This document shows positions 20,344 through 29,157 of a stretch of 64,000 nucleotides of DNA, in pieces. The translations under genes and the position numbers were made by a program. This stretch comes from an uncultured Bacteroidales bacterium. Lineage in GTDB: Bacteria; Bacteroidota; Bacteroidia; Bacteroidales; CHK158-818. Where the stretch lies: positions 4,562-68,561 of the forward strand of contig CASGEW010000002.1 of NCBI GenBank assembly GCA_949300615.1, in the 5' to 3' direction. Position 1 is the first letter of the stretch. Every line of letters starts with the position of its first letter. The notes beneath the pieces were generated by a model. The model had not been told where the DNA came from and did no database searches. It worked only from the letters and a program-made list of their open reading frames with translations.

Positions 20344-20351
20344 TACCTTTG
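20344..20351 (+). promoter_or_regulatory. -7 promoter motif (TACCTTTG) upstream of ilvE
   Basis: Exact TAnnTTTG match 32 nt upstream of the ATG at 20383. Confidence 0.4.
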
Positions 20352-20382
20352 TAACACAATCAAACATAAATGAAATAGATAT

Positions 20383-21402
20383 ATGGAACCTATCGACTGG
20401 TCAAATTTATCGTTCGGATATATAAAGACCGACTACAACGTACGTTGCTATTTTAAAAACGATGCCTGGGGCGATATAGAAACAAGCCAATCAGAATATA
20501 TAAACCTGCATATGGCCGCAACAAGCCTCCATTATGGACAAGAAGCCTTTGAGGGATTGAAAGCGTTCCGGGGTAAGGACGGAAAAATCAGAATCTTCCG
20601 CTTGGAAGAGAATGCTGCCCGTCTGCAAAGTACCTGCCGAGGCATATTGATGCCCGAGTTACCCACCGAAAAATTCCGCGAAGCAGTCATAAAAGTGGTA
20701 AAACTAAACGAACGGTTCGTACCGCCTTACGAAAGTGGGGCATCGTTGTATATCCGCCCGTTGTTGATCGGGACCAGCGCCCAGGTAGGCGTACATCCTG
20801 CCAGCGAATACCTGTTCATGATTTTCGTAACGCCGGTAGGGCCCTATTTCAAAGGCGGATTCTCTACCAATCCGTATGTAATTATCCGTCAATTCGACCG
20901 TTCTGCCCCGTTGGGGACAGGTACCTACAAAGTAGGAGGTAACTATGCTGCCAGTCTGCGCGCCAACAAAATGGCCCACGATTTGGGATACTCCTGCGAG
21001 TTCTACTTAGATGCCAAAGAAAAGAAATACATCGACGAATGCGGTGCAGCCAATTTCTTTGGAATCAAAGACAACACCTATATTACCCCCGAATCCACCT
21101 CTATCCTGCCTTCCATCACCAATAAGAGTTTGATGCAACTGGCCCAGGACATGGGCATGAAAGTGGAACGCCGACAAATACCCGAAGAGGAACTGTCAAC
21201 GTTTGAAGAAGCGGGAGCTTGCGGTACGGCAGCCGTCATTAGTCCCATACAACGGATCGATGATTTGGAAAATAACAAATCCTACGTTATATCCAAAGAC
21301 GGAAAACCGGGCCCCATCTGCACCAAACTTTACAACAAGTTACGTGCCATCCAATACGGCGACGAAGCCGACCCGTACGGATGGGTAACCGTTATCGAAT
21401 AA
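20383..21402 (+). CDS. ilvE: Branched-chain amino acid aminotransferase
   Basis: 339 aa class IV aminotransferase (HYGQEAFEGLKAFR, ASLYIRPLLIG, GTYKVGGNY, ECGAANFF). Confidence 0.9.
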   Translation: MEPIDWSNLSFGYIKTDYNVRCYFKNDAWGDIETSQSEYINLHMAATSLHYGQEAFEGLKAFRGKDGKIRIFRLEENAARLQSTCRGILMPELPTEKFREAVIKVVKLNERFVPPYESGASLYIRPLLIGTSAQVGVHPASEYLFMIFVTPVGPYFKGGFSTNPYVIIRQFDRSAPLGTGTYKVGGNYAASLRANKMAHDLGYSCEFYLDAKEKKYIDECGAANFFGIKDNTYITPESTSILPSITNKSLMQLAQDMGMKVERRQIPEEELSTFEEAGACGTAAVISPIQRIDDLENNKSYVISKDGKPGPICTKLYNKLRAIQYGDEADPYGWVTVIE

Positions 21403-21421
21403 TCTTAAAAATCCTTTTATC

Positions 21422-21468
21422 GTATCCCCCGTTTTTCTTAATAAGATAAAAACGGGGGATACTTTTTT
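21422..21468 (+). terminator. Rho-independent terminator after ilvE
   Basis: 15 bp perfect stem GTATCCCCCGTTTTT / AAAAACGGGGGATAC followed by TTTTTT. Confidence 0.8.
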
Positions 21469-21517
21469 AAACTATTCTCCCGTTGCCGAATCTTATCACT
21501 ATATAAAAAACGACATT

Positions 21518-22045
21518 ATGAAAAAAGAAGAAACGAAAACAACCGTAAGCCAACGAATGCGCGCATGGCATCGGGACATAGGATTTTTTGTTATCGGACT
21601 AATGACGGTATATGCCCTCAGTGGCATCTTATTGATCTATCGGAATACCGACTTCCTGAATGTGGAAAAACAAATAGAGAGACAATTAGAAACAGGTTTG
21701 AGCGCGAATGCATTGCAACAAGAACTCAAACTGAAAAATATGAGTCCCATACGGACAGAAAACAATTTTATCTTTTTCCCAAACGGGTCATACGATACAC
21801 AATCCGGGATAGCGACCTATACCGTTAAGGAAAAACCTTTTCCGCTGAACAAATTAATCAACCTCCATAAAACAAACGGGAATCAACCCACGCATCTGTT
21901 TTCAGCGCTATTCGGCATTGCTGTGCTATTCCTGGTTATCTCATCATTCTGGATGTTTCCCCGGCGATCGCACTTCTTCAAAAGAGGTATTCTCTTGACC
22001 GCGGGAGGTGTCATTTTCACCATCATACTACTATACATGATATAA
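21518..22045 (+). CDS. Small membrane protein, PepSY-associated TM-helix-like
   Basis: 175 aa with an N-terminal WHRDIGFFVIGLMTVYALSGILLIY helix and a C-terminal TM pair. Family call is tentative. Confidence 0.4.
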   Translation: MKKEETKTTVSQRMRAWHRDIGFFVIGLMTVYALSGILLIYRNTDFLNVEKQIERQLETGLSANALQQELKLKNMSPIRTENNFIFFPNGSYDTQSGIATYTVKEKPFPLNKLINLHKTNGNQPTHLFSALFGIAVLFLVISSFWMFPRRSHFFKRGILLTAGGVIFTIILLYMI

Positions 22046-22228
22046 ACCCTATCGTATCGTTCGATAATTACCGGGGGATGTTTCTGATTTATTGGGAGAC
22101 AGCCCCCTACCTTTATATCCCCCTGACAACAAAAATAAACTGTTCCGGAATTTTTCATAAATAGACCGATTATCGTATTTTTACAGCAACCTTTTCCGAT
22201 AAAAAAAGGTTTTATGTAAAAAAAGAGT

Positions 22229-22606
22229 ATGGAATACCGCCAATTAACCCCCGAAGAAGCATCCGTTATCGTAGGGAAAGCAACCGAAGCTCCCTTTTCA
22301 GGAGAATACAACAATTTATTCTGCAAAGGTACTTACCGTTGTAAACGGTGCAATGCCCCGTTATACCGGTCGGAAGATAAATTTGAGGCCCATTGCGGAT
22401 GGCCCTCTTTCGACAGGGAAATACCCGGTGCTATTACCCGGATACCGGACCCGGACGGACACCGGACAGAGATTGTCTGCTCGAAATGCCAAGCCCACTT
22501 GGGACACGTTTTCACCGGAGAGGGCTTTACCCCTACCCAACAACGGCATTGCGTAAACTCCATCTCCATGAACTTTATACCTTCTGATAAAAACCACCTA
22601 CTATGA
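22229..22606 (+). CDS. msrB: Peptide-methionine (R)-S-oxide reductase MsrB
   Basis: 125 aa. Two CxxC zinc motifs (CKRCNAPL, CSKCQAHLGHVF) and a catalytic RHCVNS. Confidence 0.9.
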   Translation: MEYRQLTPEEASVIVGKATEAPFSGEYNNLFCKGTYRCKRCNAPLYRSEDKFEAHCGWPSFDREIPGAITRIPDPDGHRTEIVCSKCQAHLGHVFTGEGFTPTQQRHCVNSISMNFIPSDKNHLL

Positions 22607-23088
22607 TTACAGAAACTGCTTATTTTGCCTGCGGATGCTTTTGGGGGACGCAATACCACTTGGATAGAGTAACAGGTGTTGTCGCCACCACTTCCGGATA
22701 TATGGGCGGATCGCTATCCATGCCCACCTATTCGGATGTTTGCACCCAAAAGAGCGGACATTTAGAAACCGTACAGGTAATCTTCGACCCGGAAAAGGTC
22801 AGTTATGAAACGCTGTTGCGTCTCTTTTTCGAGATACACGACTTTACGCAACAGGACGGACAAGGTCCGGATATCGGCCCTCAATACCTGTCGGCTATCT
22901 TTTACACCTCTCCGGAACAAAAACAGATGGCCGAGCACTACATCGATTTGTTAAAATCAAAAGGATACGAAGTGGCCACCCAGATTCGACCCGCAGAACA
23001 TTTCTGGGCAGGAGAATCGTATCACCAACACTATTACGACAAAAACGGTTCTTCGCCATATTGCCACATACGCCGAAAGATTTTTTAA
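22603..23088 (+). CDS. msrA: Peptide-methionine (S)-S-oxide reductase MsrA
   Basis: 161 aa. Catalytic GCFWG motif. The start overlaps the msrB stop (ATGA). Confidence 0.9.
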   Translation: MITETAYFACGCFWGTQYHLDRVTGVVATTSGYMGGSLSMPTYSDVCTQKSGHLETVQVIFDPEKVSYETLLRLFFEIHDFTQQDGQGPDIGPQYLSAIFYTSPEQKQMAEHYIDLLKSKGYEVATQIRPAEHFWAGESYHQHYYDKNGSSPYCHIRRKIF

Positions 23089-23123
23089 AACAGAGAAATT
23101 CTCTTTTCCCTGACACAATACAA

Positions 23124-23154
23124 GAGAGGGCATCGAAAAACGATGCCCTCTCTT
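23124..23154. terminator. Bidirectional hairpin terminator between msrA and the convergent DUF418-like gene
   Basis: 12 bp perfect stem GAGAGGGCATCG / CGATGCCCTCTC with an AAAAA loop. Confidence 0.6.
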
Positions 23155-23178
23155 CAATCATTTACTATAAGAACCAAT

Positions 23179-25047
23179 CTATTTTTTAAACGGCAACCAT
23201 TTACAGTAAGTAGCAGAACGCCATAACCATTCAAACGGTCCGTATAAATAATATTTCAACCAATATTTACTGATAAGAATCTGTACTCCATAAATAACCA
23301 ACGCCAGAATAAACAACAATCCAGCACTCCATCCGCCGAATATGGCACCCAGCCCCCACATCGAGAACAAGACAGCACCGACGATGTTTTGGACCTCATA
23401 GTTGGTTAATCCCATCCGTCCATAAGGGGTCATCAGGTCTAAACATTTACCGATACCTTTCATTTGGTAAAGGACGATAAAGCCCATTGCCCAAGCTCCC
23501 GATAACAAAACGGTCTGGATATTTTCCAAAGCAAACAGGAAATAAGAAGGAGATTGTTCACTCCCACCTCCCATTACCGGAGAGGCTTCCGATTGTGTGA
23601 ATAGAGACATGATGTATCTCAATGCCAGCAAAGCAACTACAAAACCTCCGAAAATAACCATATTACGGCCTTTTCGTGTCTGAGCCTCCTCAAAGAAACG
23701 CGAGCGTCCGATAACCAATCCTAAGATAAACAGGGCCAATGTCAGATAACCTTGTCCGAATGAACCGAACTGAGATTTCAATTTCATTTTAACGCCCGCT
23801 GTCAAATTATAATAAACCGATTTTACAAAAGAGGGTTTTTCTCTTTCAAAACCCGGGAATGGACCCGGTCCTCCCTGTCTAAAATCAGGCCGCTCTGCAC
23901 GATCCCAGTTACCACGGTCCCAACCTTGGCGATCCCAGTTTCCTCGCATACTGTCAAACGCCAACGAATCCCCGGCAAACCGATGTCTTCGCAAGGAATC
24001 CATCTGTTCAAAACGGCCCTGTCCGCCTTCGGCAAACGACTGTTGCCTCCGGGCTCTTCTGGCTTCACGCCCGGCTTGCGTCGTATCCATCGGGAATCGT
24101 TGTCTTATTGAATCACCGGCTACCCGATTCCGTCCTTGACGACGATTGCCATCCTGTTGCATCTCCGGCATCTGGCCTCTATTCTGGCCGGCTGCCATTT
24201 GTGCTCCCTGTTGGCGATTACCTCCACGTTGCGCACCCGACGCTTGGATTCGATTCTGACCGGCTGCCATTTGGCCACCTTGCTGACGATTAGCACCTGG
24301 TTGTGCTCCACCGACATTTCCCGGACCTCCATTTTGAGCCCCAGGTCGAACACCCCCCATCGGAGTAGCTCCGGAAGGAGGTGTTGCTGGTGCCGGAGCA
24401 GCTCCCTCCGTATCAACAGGAGAGATTCCGCCTTCACCCGGAACCGGACCACCTTCCGGCATTTGTCCGGCGGGGAATTCCGGCCTCATTCCAGGAGCCC
24501 CGAAATTGGGCATATTTTGTTCATTTTCAGCCTGTTCTGTTTTTGTTACTGCTTCATACCCAGAGATCAGCATTCGGGGCACACCTAACAACAACAGGGC
24601 CACTATAAGCATCAATATTTTGCTCTTAAATCGGAACAAAAAGAGAACAATCATTCCCAGAACAGCATAAATAGCCAATACGTCTCCTGGATAAAAACAG
24701 TCGCTTATGATCCCTATAACGAAAAGAAGCAACATACGCCACAAAAAACGCTTGCTAAAATTTTCTCCTCTTTGGGATGCCCTATCCATTTGAATGAAAA
24801 AACTCAATCCGAACAAAAAGGCAAAAATATTGATAAATTTCCCAGTCATTACCTGAGACAACCACTGTACGGCAGAGTCGAACATCGGGAAAGAGGATTC
24901 CTCTCCTTGCCCCATCATGCCGAATGAAAATATTCCATAATGTTGATGGATGTGTACCAGCAAGATACCCAGTAAGGCAAATCCCCTTAAAGCATCTATC
25001 ATCTTAATTCGATGCGCTGGATCTGAAAGAGTTACATTTTGTTCCAT
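23179..25047 (-). CDS. DUF418/YeiB-like polytopic membrane protein with large low-complexity insertion
   Basis: 622 aa. The N-terminal (RIKMIDALRGFALLGILLVH) and C-terminal (FEWLWRS) parts look DUF418/YeiB-like. Residues about 166-405 are G/Q/R/P/N-rich and repetitive. Confidence 0.6.
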   Translation of the reverse strand: MEQNVTLSDPAHRIKMIDALRGFALLGILLVHIHQHYGIFSFGMMGQGEESSFPMFDSAVQWLSQVMTGKFINIFAFLFGLSFFIQMDRASQRGENFSKRFLWRMLLLFVIGIISDCFYPGDVLAIYAVLGMIVLFLFRFKSKILMLIVALLLLGVPRMLISGYEAVTKTEQAENEQNMPNFGAPGMRPEFPAGQMPEGGPVPGEGGISPVDTEGAAPAPATPPSGATPMGGVRPGAQNGGPGNVGGAQPGANRQQGGQMAAGQNRIQASGAQRGGNRQQGAQMAAGQNRGQMPEMQQDGNRRQGRNRVAGDSIRQRFPMDTTQAGREARRARRQQSFAEGGQGRFEQMDSLRRHRFAGDSLAFDSMRGNWDRQGWDRGNWDRAERPDFRQGGPGPFPGFEREKPSFVKSVYYNLTAGVKMKLKSQFGSFGQGYLTLALFILGLVIGRSRFFEEAQTRKGRNMVIFGGFVVALLALRYIMSLFTQSEASPVMGGGSEQSPSYFLFALENIQTVLLSGAWAMGFIVLYQMKGIGKCLDLMTPYGRMGLTNYEVQNIVGAVLFSMWGLGAIFGGWSAGLLFILALVIYGVQILISKYWLKYYLYGPFEWLWRSATYCKWLPFKK

Positions 25048-25153
25048 AAATTTTTTTGAAAAATCAGCTGTTCCTACTTCTTATTTTAATATTTCACATA
25101 TTAATATCAGGATATTTGACAAAAAATCCGATAGTTGGTTTAATTCTAAAAGG

Positions 25154-25161
25154 CAAAAATA
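25154..25161 (-). promoter_or_regulatory. -7 promoter motif (TATTTTTG on minus strand) upstream of the DUF418-like gene
   Basis: CAAAAATA on the plus strand, about 107 nt upstream of the minus-strand ATG at 25047. Confidence 0.3.
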
Positions 25162-25251
25162 AATCTTTTTTCGTTCGGATTTTGTTTATATTTACGGTTG
25201 GATAGAAAAACGGCTCCTGTTTTTTCCCGATTATAACCGATTTATCAAACA

Positions 25252-26592
25252 ATGGGTAATCTGATGAAACATACAAAAAAATATTTAGGGATAACGTTTC
25301 TTTTTCTTTGTTGCCTGTTGGGAATGCCCCTCTTTTCTCAACCCTTGGCACAAACCGATGTCCCGATTGAACGCATATCGCGGCGGCAATGTTCCGGTAC
25401 GGCCATGCCATACGCCTACCAACAAAGGAAACAGAGCGCTCCACCGGCCGGATACTCCCCGTTTTACATCAACCATTTGGGACGACATGGGGCTCGGTAT
25501 CTAAGCTCTGCATCCAAAATAACACCTGTTTTGAAGATTCTCCACAACGCAAAACAACAAAATATGCTGACCGAGAGAGGGTTGGAGATCGACTCTTTTT
25601 TAACTGAACTTTCCGTCCAATCGGAGAATAAATGGGGAAAACTTACCGCATTGGGAAAAGAGGAACAACGCAACATTGCCCGCCGGATGATAACCAACTA
25701 TCCCGCTGTTTTCGACCCGATACAGGGCGACTCCATGACTATTTTCAGCATCTCAACCAGCGTACACCGCTGTATCGAAAGCATGGAGAGTTTTACCGCT
25801 GAATTGAAAAGCCTGAATCCGAGCTTGATCATCCACAGCGAATCCGGGACAAAGTTCGACTCCATTTTACGCTTTTTCGATTGTAACGCGGCTTATCTTG
25901 TGTACAAGGAGAGAGGTGGATGGGGAAAGGTATATAATCCCTTCGTCCAGCAAAATACTCCGGTAACACAGGTACAAAAGGCTCTTTTCGTACCTGGATT
26001 TGCCGTACCGGACAACTCCCTGATAGATTTTTCAAACAAACTTTTTCAAATCTATGCCATTCTTCCGGACATGAACATCGAGTTCCCGATGGAGGATATT
26101 TTTCCGATACAGGATGCCCGACGTCTCTGGGAGAACAGTAATCTCAGGCAATACCTGCTCAAAGGGCCCTCGACCATCGGACAAGGAGTGCCGGTAGATA
26201 TTGCCGCCCCCTTGTTGGAAGATTTCCTGATCACGGCTAAACAGGCCATCGAGACCGACGGGATATGTGCAGATATCAGATTCGCCCACGCCGAAACACT
26301 GATTCCCTTTGCGGCATTGTTGGGTATCCCACAAGCCTCGGCCCGAATAGACAATCCTCAACAAGTGGCAACCTCTTGGCAAGATTTCGGCATCGCTCCC
26401 ATGGCGGCAAATATCCAATGGATATTTTACCGCAATGCCTCGAACGAAACAATCGTAAAGGTTCTACTCAACGAACAAGAGGTATTCCTTCCCGTTACAT
26501 CCGACATACAACCGTATTATCGTTGGGATGATCTTTATACCTATTATAAACGGATGGTCGATGCGCTTTACCAAAAAGACAAAATCCGATAA
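25252..26592 (+). CDS. Histidine acid phosphatase, MINPP-like (multiple inositol polyphosphate phosphatase/phytase-like), secreted
   Basis: 446 aa with a signal peptide. RHGARY (RHGxRxP-type) catalytic motif, plus HAE (FAHAETL) in place of the HD proton-donor motif, as in MINPP enzymes. Confidence 0.7.
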   Translation: MGNLMKHTKKYLGITFLFLCCLLGMPLFSQPLAQTDVPIERISRRQCSGTAMPYAYQQRKQSAPPAGYSPFYINHLGRHGARYLSSASKITPVLKILHNAKQQNMLTERGLEIDSFLTELSVQSENKWGKLTALGKEEQRNIARRMITNYPAVFDPIQGDSMTIFSISTSVHRCIESMESFTAELKSLNPSLIIHSESGTKFDSILRFFDCNAAYLVYKERGGWGKVYNPFVQQNTPVTQVQKALFVPGFAVPDNSLIDFSNKLFQIYAILPDMNIEFPMEDIFPIQDARRLWENSNLRQYLLKGPSTIGQGVPVDIAAPLLEDFLITAKQAIETDGICADIRFAHAETLIPFAALLGIPQASARIDNPQQVATSWQDFGIAPMAANIQWIFYRNASNETIVKVLLNEQEVFLPVTSDIQPYYRWDDLYTYYKRMVDALYQKDKIR

Positions 26593-26664
26593 TTTTTCTG
26601 AAAACATCCGCTCTATTTTTTAATAAAAGGGAAAAACAACCTGAGTTTTCTCAAATAAAACTTA

Positions 26665-26672
26665 TACCTTTG
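26665..26672 (+). promoter_or_regulatory. -7 promoter motif (TACCTTTG) upstream of the WG-repeat gene
   Basis: Exact TAnnTTTG match about 107 nt upstream of the ATG at 26779. Confidence 0.4.
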
Positions 26673-26778
26673 TATTGTTTTAAGGTTTTATCTTATAAAA
26701 TAAGATAAATTCGTTTTTCATAAAAACGAGATACAAACTACCCGGAATAAAAACAAGAGAACTCAAACAGCATCCATT

Positions 26779-29049
26779 ATGAAATTTTCATTGTCTCCTT
26801 TCCGATCCGGAAAAGGATTATCTACACAAGCAATCCGGATCATCTTGGTGGCCTGCACTCTCTCTTTCTGCTACACATCCCCCAGTCAGGCCCAGTCATT
26901 AAGAAGTAAATCGGATGGAAACGACAAGTACGGCTATGTAGAAGAGGGTAGCACGCAATGGGTAATCCCCCCGATTTACGATTTTGCCTACTCTTTTTTA
27001 AGTATGAACAACCCGGTTGCACTGGTTCGCTATCAAGGGAAATACGGATACATCAACACTTCCGGGGGATTTGTCATTCAACCCCGTTACGACGATGCCA
27101 CCAGCTTCTTCCACGGAATTGCCATTGTAAAGGAGGGCGATACCTTCTATGCCATAGACCTGAACGAGAAAAAAATTTCGCCCGATTTTGCAGACCTGAA
27201 ACGTTCCGGCGACCTATATTGGGGGAAAGAGAGCGACGGATCATACTATATTCTGGATGCCAATTTCAACCATATCTCCAATCGAAAATTTGAGAGCCTG
27301 GCTTTATCGAATATGCAACTCCCCGGGAATCCAGCAAGAGAGGTATTCTTTTTCTGGTTCTCGGAAAACGGGAAAAAAGGGATTTGCGATGTTAAGGGTA
27401 ACGATGTCATCCCGGCCAACTATTCCGAACTGCATACCGAAGACTACTACTATGCCATCGGATACAAAAAATGCGATAAAGATAATATCACCTCCGATCA
27501 CTTTCAATGGATTCTGAAAGCCAAAGATGCCTCAACCGGTAAATTCGGCGTGCTCGACCTATTGGGGAATACCGTGGTCCCCTGTACCTTCAAAGACAGC
27601 TATAAACTTTACAAAGGTACCTCCCGGTATTATAAGAAGGCTTTCCTTCCCCTGTTTACCACCAACTTCGAGACATTCAAACAGTCGGTAGCCGATCGAC
27701 TGATCCCTCCATATACCGAAATCGCAACAGCCAACAGCCAGTTGGCAGAGGTACATCCCCAAACTTTGGAAAACATCTCCGTATCGGGAGGAATACTGGC
27801 TGTCAAAGAGTTGAAACCGGCCGCCTCCTCGAAAAAACAATCAAAGGGGAAAGGTCAGAAAAGTTCCGATGAAACAAAAAGTACGGGCCGTATGGCATTT
27901 TTCAACGGCGACCAGCAAGTAGGCACAGCCTACACGGAAATTATTCCTCTCGGATTTTCGTACCTGCTTACCGACACCCTCGGGAAGATGGGTATCGCCG
28001 ATGCCATGGGAACGGAAATCGTAAAATGCGAATATGACGACATCAATATCTGGCGGGTATCCGAAGATGGCAACCACATTCTCTTAGCACAAAAAGGAGA
28101 AGAGTCGGGATTAATGAGCGTTTCCGGATCAATTTTAACTCCCATCGAATACTCCTCGATTTTCCTGCCCAACAACCAGACCGGCGTAGCCCTGAAAGAG
28201 GGAAAATATTTCCTGATAAATGCCGCTACCGGGAAAGTGGTCTCTTCAAGAGGATACGACGATATAGATAACTATACCTCCAACGACCAGATTACGGCAA
28301 AACTGGCAGGATTTACCACCACCCTCTCGGCCGACGGACAGGAGAATCCGCGCATCGTGGACCAAGCATTCCAGATTGCTTACGATACCCCGGACCAGGA
28401 GGCCCAACAAAAATACGACCGTTATATGCTGTGTTTATCCTTATGCGAAAGCAACAGCGACCGAGGAACTGTATTGAATAATGTAGGAGCCCTCTATATG
28501 ACGCTCAACGACGAAGAAAACGCCATTGCCTATTACCAAAAGGCACAAGCCTTGGGTAATGCAAATGCCGCAGAGAATCTCAAAAATATCAACCGCGCCC
28601 GCCGGCTGGAAATGATTCAACAGATCGGGCAAGCCATCGCCGAAGTAGGACAAGCCATATCCGCCAATTCCGGTACGACTCCCATCAATACCAACAACGA
28701 CTACACTGCGGCTGCATACGCTGCCGATAACGGCGATGTGCAAACCGTTTCATCCGCTTCCGATAATAACAAACTCCCGTACGAAACCTATAAATCCATT
28801 TACGACCGCTGGGAACGGAATGCGAAATCCTGTTACGAAAGCCTTACTTTGTTAGGGACAAGAGAAAAAAAGGATGGAGAAGATGTTCGAGGTTCTGCCA
28901 ACGGCACATGGGGAGCAGTCAGTTACACGGGAATGAAACAGAACCTGAGAAAGGCGCAAAAGGAAATGCGCGAAACGCGTATCAAAGCACGCCGGGACGG
29001 ATATGACATCCCGCAATCCAACTACGAAACGGTTTCGGTTTCTTTTTAA
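26779..29049 (+). CDS. WG-repeat (KWG-type) protein with TPR-like segment, secreted
   Basis: 756 aa. Repeated xKYGYIxxxGxxVIPPxYD units (DKYGYVEEGSTQWVIPPIYD, GKYGYINTSGGFVIQPRYDD, GKKGICDVKGNDVIPANY). TPR-like NNVGALYMTLNDEENAIAYYQKAQALG. Confidence 0.6.
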   Translation: MKFSLSPFRSGKGLSTQAIRIILVACTLSFCYTSPSQAQSLRSKSDGNDKYGYVEEGSTQWVIPPIYDFAYSFLSMNNPVALVRYQGKYGYINTSGGFVIQPRYDDATSFFHGIAIVKEGDTFYAIDLNEKKISPDFADLKRSGDLYWGKESDGSYYILDANFNHISNRKFESLALSNMQLPGNPAREVFFFWFSENGKKGICDVKGNDVIPANYSELHTEDYYYAIGYKKCDKDNITSDHFQWILKAKDASTGKFGVLDLLGNTVVPCTFKDSYKLYKGTSRYYKKAFLPLFTTNFETFKQSVADRLIPPYTEIATANSQLAEVHPQTLENISVSGGILAVKELKPAASSKKQSKGKGQKSSDETKSTGRMAFFNGDQQVGTAYTEIIPLGFSYLLTDTLGKMGIADAMGTEIVKCEYDDINIWRVSEDGNHILLAQKGEESGLMSVSGSILTPIEYSSIFLPNNQTGVALKEGKYFLINAATGKVVSSRGYDDIDNYTSNDQITAKLAGFTTTLSADGQENPRIVDQAFQIAYDTPDQEAQQKYDRYMLCLSLCESNSDRGTVLNNVGALYMTLNDEENAIAYYQKAQALGNANAAENLKNINRARRLEMIQQIGQAIAEVGQAISANSGTTPINTNNDYTAAAYAADNGDVQTVSSASDNNKLPYETYKSIYDRWERNAKSCYESLTLLGTREKKDGEDVRGSANGTWGAVSYTGMKQNLRKAQKEMRETRIKARRDGYDIPQSNYETVSVSF

Positions 29050-29083
29050 CGAAACGATGCTGAACATACATTGAACAACGCTT

Positions 29084-29142
29084 TATCAAACAGAAGCCGG
29101 GGCTGCAAATCTTTTTTCCGCAGCCCCGGCTTCTGTTTGATA
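29084..29142. terminator. Bidirectional terminator, 23 bp perfect inverted repeat
   Basis: TATCAAACAGAAGCCGGGGCTGC / GCAGCCCCGGCTTCTGTTTGATA between convergent genes. Confidence 0.8.
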
Positions 29143-29157
29143 GAAAATGTTATTCTA

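Noticed and set aside
24140-24300. Direct DNA repeats that could have been a CRISPR array or other non-coding tandem repeat array
   Set aside because: The repeats are imperfect. They lie inside a continuous 622-codon reading frame and translate into peptide repeats (GNRQQG.QMAAGQNR). There is no repeat-spacer regularity and no cas genes.
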